From assembly GCA_033763315.1 (NCBI GenBank), contig JANRKS010000019.1, positions 448,001-512,000 of the forward strand: a stretch of 64,000 nucleotides of DNA. Direction: 5' to 3'. Shown in pieces: positions 10,152 through 19,601 of this stretch. A program made the translations under genes and the position numbers. The first letter of the stretch is position 1. Each line of letters begins with the position of its first letter. This stretch comes from Deltaproteobacteria bacterium. Lineage in GTDB: Bacteria > Myxococcota_A > Polyangia > Fen-1088. A model generated the notes under the pieces. The model saw only the letters and a program-made list of their open reading frames with translations, was not told the DNA's origin and ran no database searches.

Positions 10152-12421
10152 CGGGCCGTTTGATCGGGCAAGCGAACGGCTTCGCGCAACGTTTTGGCGC
10201 TCCCGGCCGGCGGCGGCGCCGGAGGCTTCGCGGGCACAGGCGCCGGTGGCGGGGTCGGAATTTCCGGCTCGTCGGTGGGGGGCGCTGCTTTGCCTGCCGG
10301 CTCGGCTAGCGACGACCTTTTGGGTGTCGTCGTCTTGTCTGCCGGCGCGGCAGGTGTTGGCCCCGGCACCGCCTTCGTCTGGGGCGCAGGAGCCTCCTTG
10401 GGGCCATTTTCGACCCCCGGCATTTTCGGTGTCTGCTTGGCGGGCGGCGTCTCTTGCGGCGTTCCCTTTCCACCGGGAGTCACCTCGGCCTTGTCCTTCC
10501 CTTCAACCTCGGCCTTTTGTTTGCGGATGAGTTCCGCTTCATCGAAAACCTTTTTCGAGTTCGGTGGCAAACGGCTGCTGAATACGCCTTCAATGTGGAA
10601 CATCACGCGCCGGTTCCGTGCCCGGCCTTCATCCGTCTCGTTGTCGGCCCAAGGCTTGGCGCCACCTTGGCCAAGCGCTGACAGCCGTTTCGGATCCACC
10701 CCTTTACCAACCAAATACGCCACGACGGTTTCGGCGCGCATGACCGAAAGCCTCTGATTCCAGTCGTCGGGGCCGGTGGCATCCGCGTGGCCCTCAACCG
10801 CGCAGCGGCCGATTTCAGGGTGCGCCTTCAGCGTGAGCGCGATCTGATCCAGGATGTTCCAGAAGCGGTGCCGCACCCGGAAGCGGTTGGTGGTGAAGAA
10901 CACCGCCTGCAGGGTCTCGAGCTCCTTTTCGCCGATGCGCACCTGAGGCGCGCCTTCGTCAGGGCAACCATCGTCATCTTGGCGGCCGTTGATCGTTTCG
11001 GCCTGGGCGGGGCACTTGTCGTCTGCGTCCAAGATGCCGTCTTTATCGTTGTCGGGATCAGGGCAGCCGTCCTCGTCTTCGAAGCCATCTTTGTCTTCGG
11101 CGTCGTCAGGGCATTTGTCGTCGCGATCCAAAATGCCGTCGCCGTCTTTGTCGGTGGCGGGCACTTCGTCGGGGCAGCCGTCTTCGTCTTGGAACTCGTT
11201 TATGGTTTCCGGCTCATTCGGGCACTTGTCAGTCGCGTCCGCGATCCCGTCTTTGTCGTTGTCGAGGTCGGGGCAGCCATCTTCATCCTCGAAGCCGTCC
11301 AAATCTTCGGGATCCGAAGGGCACTGATCGAGCGCGTCCAAGATGCCGTCTTTGTCATTGTCAGGATCGGGGCAGCCATCCAGGTCCTCGAAGCCGTCTT
11401 TGTCTTCCGGGTCGTCGGGGCACGCGTCTTTGGTGTCAACCAACCCGTCGCGATCGGCGTCGGGCGGATCGTTGGTCCAGGCAAGCGTGGCAAGCACTCG
11501 CCACGCGGGTGAGCCAACGCCAGAAACCACACCCAACCCGGCCGCGGCGCCAACGTTGAATTGACCCATCTGGTACCGGCCGCCAACAAGTGCCTCAAGC
11601 GGGGTCAGGCGGCGCTTCAGAACGCCATCCGTGGCAGGCGTTGAACCAAGCAATTCAACAATGCCGTGAAACGCACGCCCGAAACGCTTGTCGGCTCCTG
11701 CGCCGAACGTCACCTCGTTGCGAACGGGCGTGCCAAGCAGGCTGGTGCTTTCGCGAAGCCTCATCCCAAGGCGTGCGCCCCACTGCAAGCTGCGGCGTTT
11801 GTGCGCCAGCACCAGACGTGGCTCCACCGTTAACCCCGGATTGTTGACGTACGTGCCCGTTTGCCCAAACGGCGATGTGGCGGTCAGTCCCGCGCCAAGG
11901 GACCAACCATCCGCACCTTGTTCCCACAACCGTGCTCGCACCGTGAAGCGCGCGTCGCCCACACCCGTGTCTGGCGTGGGCGCGGCGCCGAGCGGCGCGT
12001 CACCCGCCTGCGACAAGGTCACAGGCAAGGCCACCGCCAATTCGAAGCGACCCAACAAGCCGATCGCCATCATCAAGTCGGCGGCTGCGGCCGAGCGAAC
12101 CGCGTCCTTGGTGGTGCTGGTCCCAGCCGCCAGCGACGTCACGCGCAGTGCAGACGCGGCGTAATTCACGTCCAGGGCCACCGCTAACTTCAAGTGCCCG
12201 AGCGGCTTGGTGCCCTCCAACCCAAAGCCGCGATTGGCCGCCGTGACGGGCCGATAGCGTTGCAGTTCGACCACGCCTTGGCTTTGGGCATGAGCAACCG
12301 AAGGAACCAGCAGAGCACCACCCACCGCCGCCAATCCAGCCAGACCAGCGAGCCGGCCAGGCGAAAGACGGTCTTCGCTCTTAGGGATCTTCAATGTGGG
12401 CTTCACCGTATCAGCTGTCAC
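10148..12421 (-). CDS. Outer-membrane protein: beta-barrel, thrombospondin type-3 repeats and OmpA C-terminal domain (TraB-like architecture)
   Basis: Signal peptide, amphipathic strands, many DxDxDGIxDxxDxCP repeats, OmpA motifs EGHAD...NQRLSVMRA...NRRV and Pro-rich tail. Confidence 0.85.
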   Translation of the reverse strand: MTADTVKPTLKIPKSEDRLSPGRLAGLAGLAAVGGALLVPSVAHAQSQGVVELQRYRPVTAANRGFGLEGTKPLGHLKLAVALDVNYAASALRVTSLAAGTSTTKDAVRSAAAADLMMAIGLLGRFELAVALPVTLSQAGDAPLGAAPTPDTGVGDARFTVRARLWEQGADGWSLGAGLTATSPFGQTGTYVNNPGLTVEPRLVLAHKRRSLQWGARLGMRLRESTSLLGTPVRNEVTFGAGADKRFGRAFHGIVELLGSTPATDGVLKRRLTPLEALVGGRYQMGQFNVGAAAGLGVVSGVGSPAWRVLATLAWTNDPPDADRDGLVDTKDACPDDPEDKDGFEDLDGCPDPDNDKDGILDALDQCPSDPEDLDGFEDEDGCPDLDNDKDGIADATDKCPNEPETINEFQDEDGCPDEVPATDKDGDGILDRDDKCPDDAEDKDGFEDEDGCPDPDNDKDGILDADDKCPAQAETINGRQDDDGCPDEGAPQVRIGEKELETLQAVFFTTNRFRVRHRFWNILDQIALTLKAHPEIGRCAVEGHADATGPDDWNQRLSVMRAETVVAYLVGKGVDPKRLSALGQGGAKPWADNETDEGRARNRRVMFHIEGVFSSRLPPNSKKVFDEAELIRKQKAEVEGKDKAEVTPGGKGTPQETPPAKQTPKMPGVENGPKEAPAPQTKAVPGPTPAAPADKTTTPKRSSLAEPAGKAAPPTDEPEIPTPPPAPVPAKPPAPPPAGSAKTLREAVRLPDQTAR
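10960..11470 (-). repeat. Coding tandem TSP3 (Ca-binding Asp-rich) repeats; approximate bounds
   Basis: Repeated DxDKDGIxDxxDxCPxxxEDxDGFEDEDGCP units in the OmpA protein. Confidence 0.85.
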
Positions 12422-12493
12422 GGAGTGGGGAAATGTTGCGCGTCAAGATCGCGACAACTCAAGCCATCCACTTCGGAACTTCTCACTCTTTCC

Positions 12494-12521
12494 TTGACAC
12501 CTGCGGTTGGGTAATTAGTGT
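12494..12521 (+). promoter_or_regulatory. Sigma70-type promoter for tRNA-Val/infC
   Basis: TTGACA (12494-12499), 16-bp spacer, TAGTGT (12516-12521), just upstream of the tRNA. Confidence 0.6.
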
Positions 12522-12544
12522 ACGCAAACTGAATTTAACCAAAC

Positions 12545-12619
<75 letters not shown>

Positions 12620-12782
12620 GTTTGTCTGCCGGAAGCCGTGCATCTCTGCGCGCCCGGCGCAATCTGGAGGCCCGCCTGCAGGCCAATTTGGGTGCTATGT
12701 TGGTCCACCCTTTACCGAATCCCTATATGCTTGACCTCAATATGCCGATGCACGGCATCCCTCTGTCGAAAAAGTAGAGCGC

Positions 12783-13478
12783 ATGAACATTAGAAGGCGA
12801 CCGTTTCCCGAGCGAAGGACTGATGATAACCACCGTGTGGGGCGAAGAATCCGCGTACCTGAAGTTCGCGTGATCGGTGCGGATGGCAAGCAAGTAGGCG
12901 TTATCCCCACGCATGAAGCGCTCTCGATGGCGGATGCCCTGGGCCTTGAGTTGGTTGAGGTCGATCCGCGCGCCAAGCCGCCGGTGTGCCGCATCTTGGA
13001 CTACGGCAAGTTCAAGTACGAGACGTCGAAGAAGGAAAAGGCTTCACGCAAACACCAAAGCACCGTGGTGGTCAAAGAGATCAAGCTGCGCCCGAAGACG
13101 GACACGCACGATTTCGAGTTCAAGCTTAACCACATCAAGCGGTTCTTGGGTGAAGGCAACAAGTGCAAGTTGGTGGTCGTGTTCCGCGGCCGCGAGATCG
13201 TTCACCCTGAAACCGGTGAAGCGATGTTGAGCAACGTTTTGGCTGCGTTGGGTGACTACGCGCAAATCGAACAGCGGCCGTCGTTGGAAGGCAAGCGCAT
13301 GGTCATGATCATCGGACCCAAGGCTGGCGTCATCCGTCCGCGACCGGTGGCACCTGCCCCTGGTCCTGCTGGCGTTGCTGGGCCCGCAGCGGCTGCCCCC
13401 GCACCTGCCGGGGCGCCCGCGTCGTCGGCCGCCGCGCCCTCGGCGCCACCCGCGCCTGGCCCTGGCCGCCCTGCGTAA
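12783..13478 (+). CDS. infC: Translation initiation factor IF-3 with Pro/Ala-rich C-terminal tail (start ATG 12783 or ATT 12789)
   Basis: IRVPEVRVIG, PPVCRILDYGKFKYE and KEIKLRP; upstream of rpmI-rplT. Confidence 0.97.
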   Translation: MNIRRRPFPERRTDDNHRVGRRIRVPEVRVIGADGKQVGVIPTHEALSMADALGLELVEVDPRAKPPVCRILDYGKFKYETSKKEKASRKHQSTVVVKEIKLRPKTDTHDFEFKLNHIKRFLGEGNKCKLVVVFRGREIVHPETGEAMLSNVLAALGDYAQIEQRPSLEGKRMVMIIGPKAGVIRPRPVAPAPGPAGVAGPAAAAPAPAGAPASSAAAPSAPPAPGPGRPA

Positions 13479-13520
13479 CTAAAAAACCCACCGAACCAGC
13501 GATTTTGCAACGCAAAAGTG

Positions 13521-13548
13521 TTGCATGCGGTCGCCGGGTCTATATACT
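13521..13548 (+). promoter_or_regulatory. Putative internal promoter for rpmI-rplT
   Basis: TTGCAT (13521-13526), 16 bp, TATACT (13543-13548); ATG 11 nt downstream, no Shine-Dalgarno. Confidence 0.5.
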
Positions 13549-13559
13549 CCGCCGCTCTC

Positions 13560-13763
13560 ATGGCCAACTACAAGATGAAGACGAACAGCGGCGCCAAAAA
13601 GCGCTTCAAGCTGACTGCAAAGGGAAGGGTCAAGCGCAAACGGGCCAACCTGCGCCACAACCTGACCAGCAAGTCAGCCGAGCAAAAGCGGCGGCTGCGC
13701 AAAGGCGGATACATCGCCAAGTCACAAGAGCATCAAATCAAGGCGATGCTCCCCTACGGTTAA
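13560..13763 (+). CDS. rpmI: 50S ribosomal protein L35
   Basis: KMKTNSGAKKRFKLTAKG...RHNL; synteny. Confidence 0.97.
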   Translation: MANYKMKTNSGAKKRFKLTAKGRVKRKRANLRHNLTSKSAEQKRRLRKGGYIAKSQEHQIKAMLPYG

Positions 13764-13826
13764 TCTGATTGTGTCTCCAGCGTCTCTCGGAGATACGCAG
13801 CTACGGAATTAAAGGAATAGTAGCCA

Positions 13827-14177
13827 ATGCCTCGCGCTAAAGGTGGTTTTAAAACTCGTCGTCGTCGCAACCGCATATTGAAGCACGCCAAGGGCTTCCG
13901 CGGTGGACGTCATCGTTTGTGGAAGACGGCTGTTGAGGCCGTTCATCGCAAGTGGCGTTATGCCCTGTTTCACAGGCGGAAGAAGAAAGGCGACTTCCGC
14001 GCCTTGTGGATCGTGCGTATCAACGCCGTGGCTCGTGAGCTTGGCACAACGTACTCGCGCTTGATCGCTGGCCTCAAGAAGGCTGGCGTTGAATTGGATC
14101 GTAAGATTTTGGCCGATCTCGCTTTGACCGACCCCAATGCCTTTGCCAAGGTCGTTGAAGTCGCCAAGGCTGCGTAA
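13827..14177 (+). CDS. rplT: 50S ribosomal protein L20
   Basis: MPRAKGG...AKGFRG...[15 protein letters not shown]...[10 protein letters not shown]. Confidence 0.98.
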   Translation: MPRAKGGFKTRRRRNRILKHAKGFRGGRHRLWKTAVEAVHRKWRYALFHRRKKKGDFRALWIVRINAVARELGTTYSRLIAGLKKAGVELDRKILADLALTDPNAFAKVVEVAKAA

Positions 14178-14226
14178 GCCCCCGATTCATTCCCATCGCG
14201 ACTGGCCCAACGCCAGACGCCGAAAG

Positions 14227-14261
14227 AAACGCGGAGCCCAGTCTTGGGTCTCCGCGTTTTT
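14227..14261 (+). terminator. Intrinsic terminator after rplT
   Basis: Stem AAACGCGGAG..CTCCGCGTTT with inner CCCA/TGGG, followed by a T-run. Confidence 0.7.
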
Positions 14262-14318
14262 GGTTTTAAAGTCGCAACGCTTCGCTAACGCCGTGAAGGC
14301 TTCAGAAAAAGGTGTGCC

Positions 14319-15392
14319 GTGAGCACAGAGGGCGCCGCCAACGTAGAGCCATTGATTGCAGAGCTGCGGCAGATACCTGCGGCTTTTGCCGCGGAAATCG
14401 CAGGTCTCGTGACGGAACCCGAGATCCGCGCCGTGCAATCAAAGTTCCTGGGCAAGAAGGGACGCCTCGCGGAAGTGATGAAGCTGCTCGGGCGCCTCTC
14501 GGCCGAAGATCGCCCCAAAGTGGGCGCCGCCGCGAACGACACCCGTTCGGAGATGGAAAAGGCTATCGAGGAACGTTTGGCCGCCGTTGAGGACGCAGCG
14601 TTGGCAGGAGACTTGGCTCGCTCGGTGGATGTGACTTTGCCGCCACGAGGGCAGGGGATCGGCACTTTGCATCCGCTCACCTTGGTGCGCCTTGAGATTG
14701 AACAAGTGTTCGCACGCATGGGCTTCGAGGTGCGTACAGGGCCGTGGGTCGAGTCGGAGTGGAATAACTTCGACGCTCTCAACACCCCTGCGGATCACCC
14801 CGCGCGCGACATGCAGGATACTTTCTTCGTCGAAGGCGGGTTGGTGCTGCGTTCGCACACGTCCCCGGTGCAGATCCGCACCATGCTGGCAGGGCCGCCA
14901 CCCGTGCGCATCATCGCGCCCGGCAACGTCTTTCGGCGCGACGACGACGCCACCCACACGCCGATGTTCCCTCAGGTCGAAGGGCTGGAAGTGGGTCCCA
15001 ACGTTAGTTTCGCGGATCTCAAAGGCACCTTGCTTGATTTCGTTGGCCGCTTCTTTGGTCCAGGCACGCGCATTCGCTTGCGCCCCAGCTTCTTTCCCTT
15101 CACAGAGCCTTCGGCCGAGCTGGATGCCAGTTGCTTTAAGTGCGATGGCAAAGATGGCTCGTGCCGGCTGTGTAAAGGCACGGGCTGGGTTGAGATCGGC
15201 GGCTGCGGGATGGTGCATCCGAACGTGTTCAAGCACGTGGGATACGACCCGCAGCAGGTCACGGGCTACGCGTTCGGCATGGGGCTCTCCCGCATGGCGA
15301 TGCTGAAATATGAAATTTCGGATCTGCGCTTGTTCTACGACAACGACGTGCGGTTCCTTCAACAATTTTCTCAATCGTTATCGCAAGCTTAG
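14319..15392 (+). CDS. pheS: Phenylalanine-tRNA ligase alpha subunit
   Basis: HPARDMQDTF, LRSHTSPVQ, FFPFTEPS and GYAFGMG. Confidence 0.98.
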   Translation: MSTEGAANVEPLIAELRQIPAAFAAEIAGLVTEPEIRAVQSKFLGKKGRLAEVMKLLGRLSAEDRPKVGAAANDTRSEMEKAIEERLAAVEDAALAGDLARSVDVTLPPRGQGIGTLHPLTLVRLEIEQVFARMGFEVRTGPWVESEWNNFDALNTPADHPARDMQDTFFVEGGLVLRSHTSPVQIRTMLAGPPPVRIIAPGNVFRRDDDATHTPMFPQVEGLEVGPNVSFADLKGTLLDFVGRFFGPGTRIRLRPSFFPFTEPSAELDASCFKCDGKDGSCRLCKGTGWVEIGGCGMVHPNVFKHVGYDPQQVTGYAFGMGLSRMAMLKYEISDLRLFYDNDVRFLQQFSQSLSQA

Positions 15393-15401
15393 AGGCCCAT
15401 C

Positions 15402-17819
15402 GTGAGAATTTCCTTTAACTGGCTGCGCGATTTTTTGCCCACGCTTCCCCGCGACCCTGTGCAGGTCGCGGCCGATCTGACGCGCCTCGGGTTTGAGGTT
15501 GAGGGCACCACGCATCTGGGCCGTGGGTTGTCGGGCTTGTTGGTGGCCGAAGTGCTTGCCTATAGGCCTCACCCGCAGGCCAGCAAACTTCGCATCGTTA
15601 CGGTGAAGGCCGGCGCGCGCACGGACGAAGTTGTGTGTGGCGCGGCCAATGTTCCCGAGCCAGGTGGCAAAGTTTGCTGGGCGCCCCCAGGGGCCACGTT
15701 GCCTGGGTTCACGATGGCGGCGAAGGAGATTCGCGGCGTGATGTCGCCTGGCATGTTGTGCAGCGAGGAAGAGCTGGGTCTCGCGCCAAGCGCCGACGGG
15801 ATCTTGATCTTGGACGCCGATGCGCCCTCCGGTGCTGATCCGGTTTCTACGTTTGGCTTGGCCGATACAGTTTTCGAGGTGAACGTCACGCCCAACCGGG
15901 GCGACGCGCTTTCGCATCTCGGTCTAGCGCGCGAACTTGCCGCGGCCTACAGCGCGGAATTGGTCATGCCTGCGACCCCCGCGTTGAAGGTGGGCGCAGG
16001 CGCCCAAGCCTTGGACGTAGTGATCCAAGACAACAAGGCCTGCCGGCGCTACCAGGCCCGTTTCTTTGCAAACGTCGTTGTTGGTCCCAGCCCACTCGCC
16101 ATGCGGATGCGTTTGTTGGCCTGCGGTGTGCGTTCGATATCGAACCTTGTCGACATCACAAACTACGTGCTTCTGGAGCTGGGGCACCCACTGCATGCCT
16201 TCGACCTGGATAAGGTCAAAGGTGCCGTTTACGTGCGGCGCGCCCATCCCGGCGAGCGATTGGTTACGCTCGATGGCGTTGAGCGCGTGCTCGAAGCTGG
16301 CGACACGGTCATTGCTGACGAGCAAAGCCCCATTGCCTTGGCCGGCGTCATGGGAGGCCAATCGACAGAAATCGGGCCCAACACGAAGAACGTGTTGCTT
16401 GAGACGGCCACATTCGATCCCGTGAGCGTGCGCAAGACAGCCAAGCGCTTGTCGCTGCATAGCGAAGCTTCGCACCGCTTTGAGCGTGGCGTGGATTCTG
16501 AGGGCATTGCACGCGCAGCCGCAAGGGCCGCTGAATTGATTTGCGGTTTGGCGCAAGCGCAACAGGCGGATCAAGTTGTGGATCGCTATCCTTCGCCGCC
16601 CACGCGCCGACAGGCCTCATTAACGTTGGCCACGCTTCGCAAGCTTTCGGGCGACACAAACCGAAACCTCGAAGGCGCCAAGCGAACCTTGTCGCGGCTG
16701 TGCGACGAAGTGCGTATCACGGGCCACGGCGACAGCGCGCGTTTGGATCTGGGGATTCCGTCGTACCGGCCCGACCTCAGCATGGAAGCCGATCTGGTGG
16801 AAGAGGTGCTGCGGCACGAAGGCTACGAAAGCGTCGTTCCCCGCCGTATGATTTTCAACGCCAAGGCCGCGCCGAACCCCGAAGCGCCGAGCGATCTGGC
16901 GCGCGCACGTTTCGTCTCCGCGGGGCTCAACGAAGTTGTGACCTGGGGCTTCGTGCCGTCGGGGTGGCTCTCGGCCTTGGCTCCTGCCGCGCCCGAAGCG
17001 CATCAACGCTTGGTCCGCGGGTTGGCCGTGTCCAATCCTATATCCGCCGACTACGAAGTCATGCGCACCTCTTTGTTGCCCGGATTGGTGGAGACGGCGA
17101 AGCGCAACCTTTCGCGTGGCGTTCAAAGCCTTGCGTTGTTCGAGGTGGGGCCTGTGGTTGAGCGCGCGGAACAGGCCGGCCATGTGACGGCTGCACAGCA
17201 AAACCACGCCTCAGCGCTGTTGTGCGGTTTGCAACCCGGGTGGCTGCGGCCCGGCGCAGCCGTCGATTTCTTTGACCTCAAACGCGTCGCCGCCGCGGTG
17301 CTTGCGGGCTTCGCCTTGCAGGACGCGCGCTACGTCCCTGTCAGTGACGTGCCGTTCTTGCATCCTGGCGTGGGGGCCTCGATCGAAGTGCAGGGGCAGC
17401 GGGTGGGCTTGTTGGGTGAACTGCACCCTCGCACGCGCAAAGCCCTGCGGCTGACCGAGACGGCCTTTTACCTCGAGCTTTACCTCGACCAATTTCCGGC
17501 CGCTGCAGCCGCGATCCACCCGATCCTGCCTCCGCGGTATCCAGCCACGACGCGTGACATCTCGTTCTGGGTGGATGAAAGCGTCACCGCCCAAGCACAA
17601 CAGGATGCGTTGTGGTCCACGCCGTCGCCGCTGCTTCGCGCGGTATCCGTGCTTGAGGATTTCCGCGATCCGAAATATGTGCCCGCCAAAAAGAAGGGCA
17701 TGCTGTGGACGCTCACGTACCGCGCGGACGACCGCACACTCACGGATGCCGAAGTGGATGCCGCGCACGCTGGCGTGCTGGCCGCCTTACAAGCGGCTTT
17801 CCCACTGCAACTGCGGTGA
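15402..17819 (+). CDS. pheT: Phenylalanine-tRNA ligase beta subunit
   Basis: VCGAANV, TPNRGDALS, DITNYV, RFERG, RPDL...DLVEEV and C-terminal anticodon-binding domain. Confidence 0.97.
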   Translation: MRISFNWLRDFLPTLPRDPVQVAADLTRLGFEVEGTTHLGRGLSGLLVAEVLAYRPHPQASKLRIVTVKAGARTDEVVCGAANVPEPGGKVCWAPPGATLPGFTMAAKEIRGVMSPGMLCSEEELGLAPSADGILILDADAPSGADPVSTFGLADTVFEVNVTPNRGDALSHLGLARELAAAYSAELVMPATPALKVGAGAQALDVVIQDNKACRRYQARFFANVVVGPSPLAMRMRLLACGVRSISNLVDITNYVLLELGHPLHAFDLDKVKGAVYVRRAHPGERLVTLDGVERVLEAGDTVIADEQSPIALAGVMGGQSTEIGPNTKNVLLETATFDPVSVRKTAKRLSLHSEASHRFERGVDSEGIARAAARAAELICGLAQAQQADQVVDRYPSPPTRRQASLTLATLRKLSGDTNRNLEGAKRTLSRLCDEVRITGHGDSARLDLGIPSYRPDLSMEADLVEEVLRHEGYESVVPRRMIFNAKAAPNPEAPSDLARARFVSAGLNEVVTWGFVPSGWLSALAPAAPEAHQRLVRGLAVSNPISADYEVMRTSLLPGLVETAKRNLSRGVQSLALFEVGPVVERAEQAGHVTAAQQNHASALLCGLQPGWLRPGAAVDFFDLKRVAAAVLAGFALQDARYVPVSDVPFLHPGVGASIEVQGQRVGLLGELHPRTRKALRLTETAFYLELYLDQFPAAAAAIHPILPPRYPATTRDISFWVDESVTAQAQQDALWSTPSPLLRAVSVLEDFRDPKYVPAKKKGMLWTLTYRADDRTLTDAEVDAAHAGVLAALQAAFPLQLR

Positions 17820-17905
17820 CGCCGTGCACGCGATGGCGTGCTGTGGCAGCCAAGTGGGCGCAAGGCTTTGACATCAGGGGGGAACTGGGGCTTAATTGTC
17901 CCGCC

Positions 17906-18184
17906 ATGACGAAAGCCGACATCGTCGAAATCGTGTACGAGAAGGTTGGGGGATTTTCGAAGAAAGAAGCGGCCGACATCGTCGAGACGGTCTTCGATAC
18001 GATCAAAGACACCTTGGAAAAGGGTGAGAAGATCAAGATCTCCGGTTTTGGCAACTTCGTGGTGCGCGACAAGAACTCGCGTGCAGGCCGCAACCCCCAG
18101 ACCGGCGAAGAGATAACGATCAGCGCGCGCCGCGTGTTGACGTTTAAGCCAAGCCAAGTTCTCAAGAACGCATTGAACGACTAA
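17906..18184 (+). CDS. ihfA: Integration host factor alpha subunit
   Basis: MTKADIV...KISGFGNF...GRNPQTGE...RRVLTFKPS; follows pheT. Confidence 0.95.
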   Translation: MTKADIVEIVYEKVGGFSKKEAADIVETVFDTIKDTLEKGEKIKISGFGNFVVRDKNSRAGRNPQTGEEITISARRVLTFKPSQVLKNALND

Positions 18185-18237
18185 TCCCGCAGCCCCAGCG
18201 GGTGGCTTGGGTCTCATTGTTTTGAGCGCTGACGTTC

Positions 18238-18618
18238 ATGCCACGCCCGAAAAAACGCACCGTTCTTTCGCCTGAGATTCCCGACAGACCCTTCTTCAAG
18301 ATCGGCGACGTCGCGAAGCTGTGTGCCGTAAAGCCGTATGTGCTTCGGTACTGGGAAACAGAGTTCAAATCTCTGCGGCCGCAAAAGACCACGTCCGGGC
18401 AACGCCTCTACACACGAGAGCACGTGGACCTCGTGCTGCGCATCCGCGATTTGCTGCACAACCAACGTTTTACGATCGAAGGCGCACGCGCCTCGCTGCG
18501 CGATCAGGGGCTGAAAGAAGAGACAACAGCCAAGGTTCCCGACCCAGCGTTGGACCGCGAGACTTTGAAAAAATTAAAGCAGGGGATCATTGACCTTTTG
18601 GCGTTGGTAGAGCAATAG
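18238..18618 (+). CDS. MerR-family regulator of the type that follows ihfA
   Basis: FKIGDVAKL...YVLRYWETEF..LRPQK...QRLY...FTIEGA. Confidence 0.9.
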   Translation: MPRPKKRTVLSPEIPDRPFFKIGDVAKLCAVKPYVLRYWETEFKSLRPQKTTSGQRLYTREHVDLVLRIRDLLHNQRFTIEGARASLRDQGLKEETTAKVPDPALDRETLKKLKQGIIDLLALVEQ

Positions 18619-18665
18619 TACACGGCCTCGCAGGACGGTGGTCTGCCACCTAAAGTGAGGAAGTT

Positions 18666-18741
<76 letters not shown>

Positions 18742-18796
18742 CCAAAAACCCTACCTAAGCTTTCAAGGCCAACTCTTAACCGTTGGAGATCTGCGA

Positions 18797-19594
18797 TTGC
18801 AACAGCGACCGCTTATCCTGCTCAGCAATGACGATGGGATAGGAGCGCCGGGGCTCGCAGCCTTGATAGCGGCGGTAGAGGATCTGGGTGACGTCATCGT
18901 TGCCGCTCCCGATCGCGAGCGCAGCGCCGCCAGCCATTCGATCACGCTCAACAGCCCTTTGCGTGTTGATGAGATTGCGCCTCAGCGTTACGCGATTGAT
19001 GGCACGCCCGTGGATTGCATCTACATCGCGGCCCTGCACTTGGCGCCGCGCAAACCGGCGCTTTGCATCTCGGGCATCAACGACGGCTTCAATCTCGGCT
19101 CAGACGTGTTCTATTCGGGCACTGTGGCCGCGGCCGTGGAAGCCACCTTGCGAGGCATTCCTTCAATCGCCGTTTCAGGGGAGCGGCAGCGGCCGCATGA
19201 TTTTGCCGCGGGCGCGGCGTTTGTGCGTGAGCTGGCGGCCGAGACGCTGGCCCGCGGGCAAAAGCAATCGCCGTTTCCCGAGGGCGCGTTGTTGAATGTG
19301 AACATTCCTGCGGGCGCGCTGTCAGGTTACCAAGTGACCTTTCTCGGCCGGCGTGTGTACCGCGATCAGGTGGACGTTCGCGCCGATCTGCGCGGCCGTT
19401 CGTATTATTGGATCGGCGGCCCGGAAGAAAAGGCCACGGATCTGCCGGGGAGCGATTGCAGCGCCGTGCAAAGTGGCGTGGCTTCGGTGACGCCGTTGGC
19501 CTTGGATCTCACGCACGGTGCCTTGCTGCGCGATCTGCAGTCTTGGGACGTGGGCACGTTTGTCCGCGCCGCCACCACGCACGAAAAACCTTAA
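18797..19594 (+). CDS. surE: 5'/3'-nucleotidase SurE
   Basis: LSNDDGI, SAASHSIT, GTPVDC, SGINDG and YSGTVAAA. Confidence 0.96.
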   Translation: MQQRPLILLSNDDGIGAPGLAALIAAVEDLGDVIVAAPDRERSAASHSITLNSPLRVDEIAPQRYAIDGTPVDCIYIAALHLAPRKPALCISGINDGFNLGSDVFYSGTVAAAVEATLRGIPSIAVSGERQRPHDFAAGAAFVRELAAETLARGQKQSPFPEGALLNVNIPAGALSGYQVTFLGRRVYRDQVDVRADLRGRSYYWIGGPEEKATDLPGSDCSAVQSGVASVTPLALDLTHGALLRDLQSWDVGTFVRAATTHEKP

Positions 19595-19601
19595 GGCAAA
19601 C

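Noticed and set aside
10960-11470. Repetitive DNA that might be a CRISPR array
   Set aside because: The repeats are degenerate, in-frame TSP3 coding repeats with no unique spacers, and no cas genes are present.
14178-14318. pheM-type attenuator or T-box before pheS
   Set aside because: Only a simple terminator hairpin; no Phe-rich leader peptide or T-box sequence seen.
15130-15185. Four-cysteine insertion in PheS (CFKC...CRLC)
   Set aside because: A common zinc-binding insertion in many bacterial PheS proteins.
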